This document shows positions 11,725 through 22,099 of a stretch of 64,000 nt of DNA, piece after piece. Below the pieces are notes generated by a model, which was given only the letters and a program-made list of their open reading frames with translations, had not been told where the DNA came from and did no database searches. The stretch's first letter is position 1. Every line of letters starts with the position of its first letter. Source of the DNA: Euprymna scolopes (Eukaryota); NCBI GenBank assembly GCA_053919585.1, contig CM132826.1; one strand, written 5' to 3'. Position numbers and translations under genes: made by a program.

Positions 11725-12578
11725 GGATAATTTTTTGAAGGTAAAGCAAAATAAAAACTGTGTTACATCATGAAGAATGGATGGTAAAGTTGTGTAACTT
11801 CATTAAAGATTAATTTAAGATTATAAAAGGTGTGCAAATTAATAAACGATCGATTTTAGATAGTAACAGCTTAGTAACGATATAAATTATGAATTTTTAC
11901 TGGTAAATGCATTGTAACTTAATAAATGAATAATTTCGTAGTTGTTTCATTTCATAAAGCACGAATTTTGGATATGAAAAGCAGCCCGACTTCATAAACG
12001 ATAGATTTTGGATAGTTAAATTGAGTGTAATATATTGAAGGTATATTTTTAGATAACGTTATGTGATTTCAGAAACAATGGATTTTACATGGTAAAAGCC
12101 ACGTGATGTCATGTAGAGTAAATATTGAATAGTAAAAGCTGTGTAGCTTCATTAAAGTGGATTTTTAGATTGAAAACGCTGCGTAAGTTAATGAAAAATT
12201 AATTAAATATCGTAAAAATTGCTTAAGTCCAAAAAATATAGTCTGGATCGTAAAAGCTGTGTAAAATCATCAATGATGAAATTTACATAGAAAAAAAACT
12301 GTATGACTCGATAAATGATAGATTTTAGATAATGGAAGCTGTGTGACATCATAATCGATACTCTTTGATGGTCAAAGTTCCGTGAATTCATAAACGATAA
12401 ATTTTATATGGTAACTTCATAAAGGATGAATATTAGATGGTAAACGCTATACGACGTAATAAACGATGAATTTTAGATGGTTAACTTTGTGTAACTTCAT
12501 AAAGGATTATTTTAGACGACAAATGCTATATAATTTGATAAAAGATTACATTTAAACGATTAATGTCGTGTAACTTAA
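11725..12578 (+). repeat. Degenerate ~39-bp satellite (TTTTAGATGGTAAAAGCTGTGTAACTTCATAAACGATGAA-like)
   Basis: About 20 consecutive diverged monomers. Confidence 0.85.
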
Positions 12579-13406
12579 TTTTTTTTTTTTACATGGGGGT
12601 CAACACTTATCAAGGCCCGAAGGCCACTCAGGGATAAGGGTTATTGCGTGTACAGTAATCAATCAGATAGTATTGTAGTAACCATTAGTATTGGGGGTTT
12701 TGGTAGAATGTCTTACTTAAGGGGGCGGTTTATCAGGAGTTTGTTTATGTTGGACTTGAAGACGTCCAAGTTGTAGTCAAGTGGAAAACAGGCAAGCGGT
12801 AGAGAGTTCCACTGGCGTGCAGTTCTAAGAAAGAAGCTTTGCTAATGGAATCTACGTTTGGATTTAGGCACAGATAGAGAGTGTGGAAAATTATTGACAG
12901 TAGTTTCAGCCAGACGGGTGTTTCTCGTGAAAGATTGGCGAGGGGGGACGAGGGATTGGAGCTCAGACGAGCACCTGCCATGGAAATAACGATAAAACAA
13001 AGACAGGCTTCCAACGTCTCTTCTGTGGGAGAGAGGTTGCAGGGAAGAGAAAAGGGCATCCCCCAGTAAACCACGAAGTCTATTTTGTACTCTGTCAAGG
13101 CAGGATAGGCTGTTTTTAGCAGCTCCTGTCCAGACGTGGCAGCAGTACTCCATCCTTGGACGTACTTGGCTTTTATAAAGATAGAGAATTGCATCAGTAG
13201 TGAGATATCTTCTAGAGCGATAGAATGATCCCACCATTTTCCCAGCCTCCCTGGCAACAGATTTGATGCACGTGTTCCATTTTAGATCAGGAGTAAAGGT
13301 CAAACCCAGAAGCTTGTCAAAACATGAAGCCTCCCCAAGACGAGAGCCATCCATTTCAACTGATGCCAGATAGGGATCAGAGCGTTGATGATGTAAAGAA
13401 GAAGCG
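12579..13406 (-). mobile_element. 5'-truncated CR1/L2-like LINE 3' end, same family as 766-2068
   Basis: T12 tail 12579-12590; open ORF 12842-13354 LYLYKSQVRPRMEYCCHVWTGA...LQPLSHRRDVGSLSLFYRYFHG; reverse complement of about 1258-2068 (8 differences in a ~135-bp sample). Confidence 0.93.
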
Positions 13407-13973
13407 CAATTTTTTTTTTACCGTAGGTTGACAACACCAGATGTCATATAAAAATTTATTATGTTTACGCCATTAGCCATTACTTTATTCAACTATAGAG
13501 CGCAATTACATACAAATGAATGCGTAATATTATAACTTTACATTCTACACCGCGTCCATTTATTCTATTTTTACCTTCTCCGTCATTAACTGACTACTGA
13601 TTTCCTACACGTTCCCATATTCTTACCACCTTCTATCTACACAAATAATGATTTCTCTCGTTCATAAATACGGCCCATCTGATTGGCAGAGAATTATACA
13701 TTCTATAATTCCCTTATTCGGTTATTTCGCCAGTAAACGAACAGTTTGAAACTAAATCACGACGCCATTTCTGTACATACACAATGTTATTACGTTTTAT
13801 TTATGTAATTCAAGACATTTTTCGCTGAAAAGCTCTTACATTTAATTGTTTATTTGTGAAAATATTACACAAAAAGAAAACAAAACCTATATTATCTTTT
13901 TCCTAACACCCAAGTTACATTCTTCGTTGGCTTAATTGTGAATCCATTGGCGCGTTTTCGAGAACGATACCGA

Positions 13974-13976
<3 letters not shown>

Positions 13977-14038
<62 letters not shown>
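13977..14038 (+). repeat. (AG)~31 microsatellite
   Basis: Direct reading. Confidence 0.95.
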
Positions 14039-14042
<4 letters not shown>

Positions 14043-14292
14043 TTATGTCTGTTTTGTTTTCATTCGAACACAGTTTTTGTTTAGTTTAGACAGCAGGTTT
14101 ACGTTGCTTTAAGATAATGCGCATAATCCACGAAATTATTCCGCTTATAAAAACTTTTAACTTTTAATGTTTTTTGGTGAAACTATTACACTCCTAAAAT
14201 AAACTAGATTATCTTTTTCCTGACACGTAACTTACATTTATCGTTTGCTTCATTGTGAATCCATTGACGAGTTTTCGAGCACGGTAACAAAC

Positions 14293-14331
14293 GAGAGAGA
14301 GAGAGAAAGAGAGAAAGAGAGAGAGAGAGAG
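14293..14331 (+). repeat. Imperfect (GA)n microsatellite
   Basis: Direct reading. Confidence 0.9.
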
Positions 14332-14774
14332 CTTGTTATAGATCTAGCTGAATACGATAATAATCATCACTTTACTGGCACTTGTGTTACCTGGCTAGCG
14401 GCTGTTTTGTAACTATTATGTACTTTCACCTAACAATTTATTAAACAAAAAAGATATCGTGAAACTTGATTTTATACATATATAATTATTATATTACATA
14501 TATTTTGAGGGGGTGTGATATAGGACCGTTTGATTAAATTCATAACAAAAAACAACTTTATTTAAAGTTGCGTGCATTTAGGTTACCTTACTGAACTGGC
14601 GAGTGTATTATAACTATTATGTACTTTCACCTAACAGTTTAATAAAAAAAAATATTGTAAAACTTAAATTTAACTTGAAAATACTATTTACAAAAAAAGA
14701 TTAGATTGTAAAATCTGAAAACCTTCATAAAGGATAAATTTTATATGATAAAAGCTGTTTTACTTTATAATAGA

Positions 14775-15498
14775 CTAGCGGGGGGGTACCCCCGGGTGTT
14801 TGGAGGTGTGTGTGGTTTTGGGCAAATCAAAACTCCGAGGGGGGGGGGTTAAAAAAAGTTTTGGTAGGTGAGTATAAGGATCGAACCCGAACCCTTGAGG
14901 TGAAGTTGGAAATTAAAGTGTGAAAAAAAAACGTGTGCGACTTTAACCATTGACCCACCGCGTGATACTAACGGAAACACGTTTCAATTTATTTAATTAC
15001 TTAGATTTGACAGGTGCACGTTTTAATGACTTAATGAGGTTAACTTTGACTGCGGGATAGTATTTCATTTACTGCGGAAAGCTTTTTTTTATTTTTGTTT
15101 CCCCAAGATGTTGGTGGGGGGGCAGCTCCCCTTGTCCAATTTGAATAGCAATTGTTTGATATAAGGAAAATATTTCCACATTGATCAAAGCTGATTGCTT
15201 TCGGACATTTCCGGCGATCGCCACCGGAAAAATACCGCCAGATAAAGTGTCGCTTTTATTATAGGAAAAAGCATAATCCACATGCAGCGAGCGACAAATG
15301 TTGAATATTTATCTTCCCGAAGTTGAGCAAATTAAATAGGCAGGCGAGCTCCGTTGTTAACTCGGAGATGATTTCTATGTGATATAAAAAGTTTTAAGAA
15401 ATTGCGAGCCGACCGACCGCTTCTCTGAAAAAAGCCTTTCTTGGACATACACAAAAAGCGAACATACATACGCACATTTTCGCTTTTATATATATAGA
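14775..15498 (-). mobile_element. Non-autonomous Helitron, 724 bp
   Basis: Minus strand starts TCTATATATATAAAA and ends CGGGGGTACCCCCCCG hairpin plus CTAG; inserted between A14774 and T15499 with no TSD; removing it restores a satellite-like ataatagattaattt. Confidence 0.88.
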
Positions 15499-16320
15499 TT
15501 AATTTCTATGCTAAAAGGTGTGTATCATTATAAAGGGTGGGTTTAAAATGGTAAAAGATGTCTAATTTCTTAAAGATTGTTTTTAGATGGTTAAAGCTGT
15601 GTTGCGTCATAAATGATTAATTTTTATCATTATAAATGTTGCGTATATCATTTTAAAGGATGAATTTAACCGGGAAAAGCTTTTATAAACCATGGCCATC
15701 AGTTGCGAAGAGCTACCTGTCGTCATAGAAATTGTATTTACAAAAAAAAAAACTTACAATATCATAAATAATGACTTTTGTTTGAAAAAATCTGTATATG
15801 CATATAAGCGATGCATTTCAATTATTTAATTTACCTCGTTTACAGCAGAAAAATTTCCCCTTCCTCAAATCGACATAAACAATGTTAAGGTCAGATGTGG
15901 GTTTGATAAAGTGTTCCTCTCGAAACAAATTGGATTCGAATTTAGAACACCCAGATTTTCAGTTCTTGTCGTTAGCTACTTAGCCAATCTGTCTTTTGCC
16001 ATAAAGGACGAATTTTATTTGGAAAATCTGTATGACGTTTGTATTCAGAAATTGTATTTACTAAAAGCTTTATGGCGTTATTTCAGATGGGAAAATCTAT
16101 GTAACAATTTCAACAATGAATTTTAACAGAGAAAATCCGTGTTGTGCGGTGCTATAAACGATGTATTCCAGCTTGGAAAATCCGCTTGCATCGTAAAGAA
16201 GGAGGGGGCCGTGTAGCGTCGTAAAGGATTACTTTTAGTAAAAGGCTGCTGGGCGGCGTCATAAAGGATATGTTTCCCTGAAAAAATTGTGGTGCCATAG
16301 ACGACGGATTTCTGTTTGGC
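15499..16320 (+). repeat. Degenerate ancestral satellite
   Basis: Units such as aaagctgtgttgcgtcataaatgattaattttt. Confidence 0.75.
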
Positions 16321-16324
16321 GCTA

Positions 16325-17794
16325 TATTCATATTTGACTTTTAATTGAAATAATCTAGCGTTCACGCCAATTAAAAAAAAATAACTTCAAATTGATGAGG
16401 TAAAAAGAAAGTCCACACAGTGGAAAATTGTTATTAAAATGTAACTTTAGGACATTAATGCAATGCAAATACAACAGGAGCACAATGAACTAATTAATAT
16501 TTAGTAGCATAGCCATTCTGTAATTTAACAGCCTGTAATTGTTTTTGGAATTCCTTGAATTAGACTCCAGGGAAAGGGCATCTCACTCTTCTTTAATTTT
16601 TGTCCAAAGTTCTTCCAAATTTGAAATTTTATCATTGCGTAGCTGTTGCTTGATGTAATGCCATACGTTTTCGATATGATTGAGGTTTGTGCAGACCAAA
16701 CCAAACACGGAATATCACGCTCTTTCGGGAACCTCTTGACATAGCCAGCTGTGTGAATGGGAGCATTATCCTGCACGGAGATGGGATTATCATCCAAATT
16801 CCGACCAAAGTAGGATAGAAAATGCTCAGTCAACATATTAATGTACTTGGTCAAATTTATTCGACCTTGTAAGCGAACTATAGACCCTGGACCATTGGTA
16901 CTAATAATACCCCACCAAAACTGAACCTCCACCACCTTGCAGCGTTGAAACTGAGCACCTAGGATTAAATTCTTCGTCTTTCCTCCGACGGACGTACTGC
17001 CTATCATCACTGCTTATCCTATTGAACTTGCTTTCGTCGCTAAAGAACACTTTTGACCAATATGAAGAGTCATGATCTTCATTGCATCTGACGAAGTCCA
17101 GACGGTGCTTTCTGTTCTTTATAGAAATCATTGCTTTGCGTCTTGCAAGATATCCTCGCAAATTAAATTCCTTTAATCTGTTCTTGACAGTAGAAAGAGA
17201 GCTGTTGCTGGATTTGGGGAGCCGTTTCAAATCTGTTTCTTAGGCTGCGGATCTTGATAGCATTGTCTTCCCTGTTAGAATTAACTCTAGTACGACCAGA
17301 TTTAGGGACATCACGAACACTGCCAGTGTTTTGGTGCTTTTGCACAGTCTTTCGTGCCGTTTTCTCGTCACATTTCAATCTGCGGCCGATTTCCCGATTG
17401 GATAAACCAGAAAGATGGAGATTAATGAGCTCTTGACGATCACTAAGAAAATTTCGTGGCATATGGACTAAATGGAACAACAACAATTACGATTAGAAAT
17501 GCTTTGTTGATGGATATTTAAAACTGATTTAGTGGCGATAATTTAAGCTGGTTTTAAGCGAATTTGTTGCTGCGGACTTTCTTTTTGCCTCCTCAATTTG
17601 AACTTATTTTTTTAAATTGACGTGAACACTAGAACATTTCAATTAAAAGTCAAATATGAACAGGTAAAATTATAGAGGAATAAAAGGTGAATATAATGAG
17701 GTATAGGCTGTTTAAACAGTTACATTAACTTTAGCTTAAATTTGCAGTTTTTTTGACAAAATTACGACTGCGGACTTTCTTTTTGCCGGCACTG
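16325..17794 (-). mobile_element. Tc1-family DNA transposon with IR/DR ends; outer part of left TIR deleted
   Basis: Right end ...GGCACTG|TA; right TIR about 17566-17794 with DR GCGGACTTTCTTTTTGCC near 17572 and 17770; 16326-16413 is the reverse complement of the inner part. Confidence 0.92.
16494..17462 (-). pseudogene. Tc1-like transposase (DD34E), frameshifted
   Basis: MPRNF..HTH (SNREIGRRLKC)..KSGRTR; WSKVFFSDESKF; QDNAPIH; NHIENVW; C-terminal GYATKY*. At least 3 frameshifts; restoring a 7-nt deletion in SPDL gives D34E spacing. Confidence 0.93.
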
Positions 17795-17796
17795 TA

Positions 17797-18285
17797 TATT
17801 AGTTTAAAAAAATTGACATACCAAACTCCTCTATCAGTATTTGGTCTGCAGGCATGAAACTTAATATGTACGATATTCAAATCCATGTGAAACTATATTT
17901 GTGTTTTAGCCGGGGAAAGTCGGTGCAAAAGAAAAGTGTGAAAATTAAAAAAAAATGAAATTTGCCAGGTGAAGGTCAAACGATGGTATTACGAATATGC
18001 ATGTGTAACGCAATAGCTATTGGTTCATATTTTAATTTCTAGCCTTATAGTTTACATGTCTTTATAGCTCAGGCATTAATGTCAAAGGAAGAAGCAATTT
18101 GTAAGCTAAACGTTTTTGTTTCAATTCTCGTTGGTGGCGCACGAGTCATTTTTTTTTTTTTTTACTTTTTAAATCATTACTATATATTGGGTCCAATGCA
18201 ACATAATAAATACGAAATCTGCATGAATCAAAATATCATATTTGAGCGTATTTTACGGTCGGGCAATGCCAGGCGGCCTGCTCGT
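17797..18285 (+). mobile_element. Helitron-like 3' remnant
   Basis: Ends CGGGCAATGCCAGGCGGCCTGCTCGT, a GC-rich subterminal hairpin-like segment plus a degenerate CTAGT; 5' end not seen. Confidence 0.5.
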
Positions 18286-18846
18286 ATAATTTAAAAATAA
18301 AAATTAAATGATACAAGTTCTAGTAAAGTCTTTAGTTTAGAGTTCCGGAAAGCGAAGAATATGGCAACTATTTATAAATCCAACGAAGTAAAAAATTGTG
18401 AAGCATTAAGTCCTAGTACAATCCTCATAAATCTAAAAAGTATTAGTATAGTGTAGCAAAATGCTTAGTATAATCCTGTGAATTGATGTGAAAATAAAAA
18501 GATCCGAGTGGGAATTCTCGAAACGGGAAAGTAATTTGTGAAATCCTAAGAATTGTTTCGTTTCAAATGATGTAAAGATTTATATTGGGATCTAAAAGTT
18601 GGTGTATGAAACCACTTCCAAAAAGGAGGCCAGTAAAATAATTACAAATGCCGGCAAGGTCACATGCTCGTTAAATAAAATCTAAAATGGAAAATTCGTA
18701 ATCAGAACGACGGTTGAGCAGATCCAAAATATAAAAATCCAAATTTTAGATTCGATATTGAAGAAAAGCTTTTAGAAAACTGTAATCGAAATTCAAGGGA
18801 AATTCAAAAAACAATCGACACAAAAAAAGAGTTGAATTAAAGATAG

Positions 18847-18923
18847 GAAGATAATATATGAAGATAATATATGAAGATAATATATGAAGATAATATATGA
18901 AGATAATATATGAAGATAATATA
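18847..18923 (+). repeat. 13-bp tandem repeat x6 (GAAGATAATATAT)
   Basis: Direct reading. Confidence 0.95.
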
Positions 18924-19149
18924 GCACTAGAACTGGAAACGAGCGAAAAAAAAAGCTTTCAAATTTAAAGGTTGATTATTTGAAAGTTTGAGTTATTTTT
19001 CTAGCGGTTACACGATATCGTGTACAATTGAAACTTACGCCTTGTTTAAAGCCCAATGATTTTGTTTAAGCTCTTAAAATATTAAGAGCAAGTTTATGCC
19101 TTACCTGGAAAAGGAAGAGACGTTCAAATAACGACGATAAATGCCGATA

Positions 19150-20056
19150 TGCAGGTGTGTGTTATAAAGTATGAACTCAAATTGGGAAAAGCTGTGTGTC
19201 GTCATAAAGGATTAATTGTCGGTGGTAAAACTTGCGTTGTATCATAGAGGATCAATTTTAGTGGAATATCTGTGTGACGTCATAAATTATGAATTTTATT
19301 TTGTAAAAGTTGTATATTACTTTTAGTTGGAAAAAGCTGTTTTGCGTTATAAGAAATTAATTTTAAGTGATAAAACCCCTGTGATGCCATTAAGGGTATA
19401 TTTCAATTTGAAAACACTATGTGACGTCACGCAAAATAAATGTTAACTTGAAAAAAACTGCGTTGTTGTGGTGTAAATGAAGAAAAAAGAAACAAGAACG
19501 ACCGACCGCGTTTTTGTGTGGCTTACCTCGTGTTCATAATGAAGAAGAAAGAAATAAAAATGGCTGCCTTGTTTCTTTATATGCCTACGGGGTGACCACG
19601 AGGTATGCAAATGAGATGCTCCTGATTGGAGATAAAAGAGGAGTGATTTGGGGAAGGAAGGCATTCTGGAGTTAGATTGCGAGCAGAGAAGTTGTATCTG
19701 TAGAAGAGAAAAGTCGGATTCGGGGAGAGAAAAGCTAAAGTTGCAGAAGTTTGTTTTGGAGTGGAGAGAAGACGCGTCAAGTGGTGACCAGAAAGTGAAA
19801 GTTCGGACAGCAGTGTCACGCAATCGACAGTTGTGCTGAAAACGATTTCAGTTCGGTAAAGGTGTGTGGTGTCATAAACGTTTAAATCTGCTTACCAAAA
19901 GTTGTTTGCCAGGATAAAGCTCTGTATTTCACGTCATAAAAGATGAATTTCTGTTGAGAAAAGTTGCTCGACGCCATAAACGATGTAATTCAGCGCCATA
20001 AAAGATTAATTCTCTATCGAAAAGTCTCTCTGTCCTATTATTACGGATGAATTTGT
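19150..20056 (+). repeat. Degenerate ancestral satellite with a ~400-bp insertion (about 19430-19835)
   Basis: Units such as gggaaaagctgtgtgtcgtcataaaggattaatt. Confidence 0.75.
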
Positions 20057-20211
20057 CTTGCAAATTTGATGAGCATGCGCAGAAGCGCTCAAAAATTGTA
20101 AGCCAATATCTTGGTCAGGAATACGTACAGGGAAAATGAGTTCGTCCACGGGCTATAAAAAGCCGATACCAAAGTCATTTGGAGAGTAACGGCCAAAGTT
20201 GCTATGGTAAG

Positions 20212-20598
20212 GTCGTGTTGAGTCGAATCGTAGATGTTTGGGTTTGAATCCACGGAGTTGTTTAGGATTATGTTGAGTCGAATCGTTGGAAATGTTTGGG
20301 TTAAGATCGACAGAGTTGTTCAGGATCCTGTTGTATCGAGTCGTCGGAGATGTTCGGGTTTTGAATCGACGGAGTTGTTCAGGACAGTGTGTCAAATTAT
20401 CAGAGATGTTCGGGTTCGAATCGACGGAGTTGTTCAGGATCGTGTTGTGTCGAATCGTCGAAGGTATTCGGGTTCGAATCGACGGAGCTGTTCAGGATCG
20501 TGTTGTGTCGAATCATCGAAGGTATTCGGGTTCGAACCAACGGAGTTGTTCGGGATCGTGTTGTGTCGAATCGTCGGAGGTGTTCGCGCTCGAATCGA
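20212..20598 (+). repeat. CpG-rich 58-bp tandem repeat, about 6.5 copies
   Basis: TTCGGGTTCGAA at 20409, 20467 and 20525; no evident relation to the AT-rich satellite. Confidence 0.9.
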
Positions 20599-20599
20599 T

Positions 20600-21089
20600 A
20601 GACTGTGTGATGGAATAAAATATGAATTAAATTTAGAAAAAGCTGTGAGAAAGCATAAAAAATGGAGTTCATTTTTCAAAATAGAGGGTTGCATATTAAA
20701 GCATTAATTTTTCCGGTAATTGATGGCATCATAAAGTGTGGGCAACGCTATGAATCTCAGATCAGAAAATCTGGGTCGCGTTATAAATAATGAACTTTAG
20801 TTAAGGAAAACAAATTTTCAGTTCAAAAAGACTATGATGTAACGTAAGAAATGATGAACTTTATTAAGACACATTTGTGTCGTCATAAATTATCAATTTT
20901 TGCTGAGAAAAGATTTAACTTTACATACATGATTGATTTTACTTAGTCAACGTTATCAATTTTAGTTCGGAAAGTCTGAATGGCGTTATGTAGGATAAAT
21001 TGCAGCTAGAAAATTTATTCAGCGTAAATAATGAATTTCACTTGGGGAAGCCCGTATAGCATCATAAGAAATAAATCTTAAGTCGGAGA
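20600..21089 (+). repeat. Degenerate ancestral satellite
   Basis: CATAAA..ATGAATTT cores at ~40-bp spacing. Confidence 0.7.
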
Positions 21090-21934
21090 ATTTGTGTAGT
21101 TTCATAAATGATGAATCATTTTATGAATTTTGGGCGCCATAAACAATGGATTTGTGTAGTTTCATGAATGAGGAATCATTTTATGAATTTTGGGCGCCAT
21201 AAACAATGGATTTGTGTAGTTTCATAAATGATGAATCATTTTATGAATTTTGGGCGCCATAAACAATGGATTTGTGTAGTTTCATGAATGATGAATCATT
21301 TTATAAATTTTGGGCGCCATAAACAATGGATTTGTGTAGTTTCATGAATGAGGAATCATTTTATGAATTTTGGGCGCCATAAACAATGGATTTGTGTAGT
21401 TTCATGAATGAGGAATCATTTTATGAATTTTGGGCGCCATAAACAATGGATTTGTGTAGTTTCATGAATGAGGAATCATTTTATGAATTTTGGGCGCCAT
21501 AAACAATGGATTTGTGTAGTTTATTGAATGAGGAATCATTTTATGAATTTTGGGCGCCATAAACAATAGATTTGTGTAGTTTCATGAATGAGGAATCATT
21601 TTATGAATTTTGGGCGCCATAAACAATAGATTTGTGTAGTTTCATGAATGAGGAATCATTTTATGAATTTTGGGCGCCATAAACAATGGATTTGTGTAGT
21701 TTCATGAATGTGGAATCATTTTATGAATTTTTAGCGCCATAAACAATGAATTTGTGTAGTTTCATAAATGAGGAATCATTTTATAAATTTTGGGCGCCAT
21801 AAACAATAGATTTGTGCAGTTCAATGAATGGCGAATTATTTTATAAATTTTAGGTGCCATAAACAATGAATTTGTGTAGTTTCATAAATGGGGAAATATT
21901 TTATGAATTTTGGGCGAAATAAACAATGGATTTC
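21090..21934 (+). repeat. 60-bp tandem repeat, about 14 copies
   Basis: ATTTGTGTAGTTTCATGAATGAGGAATCATTTTATGAATTTTGGGCGCCATAAACAATGG; consecutive 60-nt lines are nearly identical. Confidence 0.97.
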
Positions 21935-22099
21935 GTATCATCATAAAAGAAAACTTTTGCGTTAGAAAAATTATGTTTCGTAATATGCTTCATTGGAAAC
22001 GCTGTATGGCGCCATATATTATAAATGTTAATTCAGAAAATCTTTGTAACGTCGAAAAGAAAGAATCTAAGTTGGAAAAACGGTGGGGTGTAAAAAAGA

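Larger units (their letters stand above)
13540..14690. other. Unclassified inserted sequence with internal diverged duplications
   Basis: 13860-14039 resembles 14180-14331 (both end in AG repeats); taactattatgtactttcacctaaca at 14410 and 14611. Confidence 0.5.

Noticed and set aside
10186-11749. Long Cys/Tyr-rich repeat proteins
   Set aside because: Translation artefact of the 19-bp minisatellite, identical in all three frames
14869-14960. Functional tRNA gene
   Set aside because: No cloverleaf or anticodon arm could be built, there is an internal T9 terminator, and it lies inside a Helitron
20153-20707. Overlapping ORFs on both strands
   Set aside because: Produced by the 58-bp tandem repeat; no domain recognised
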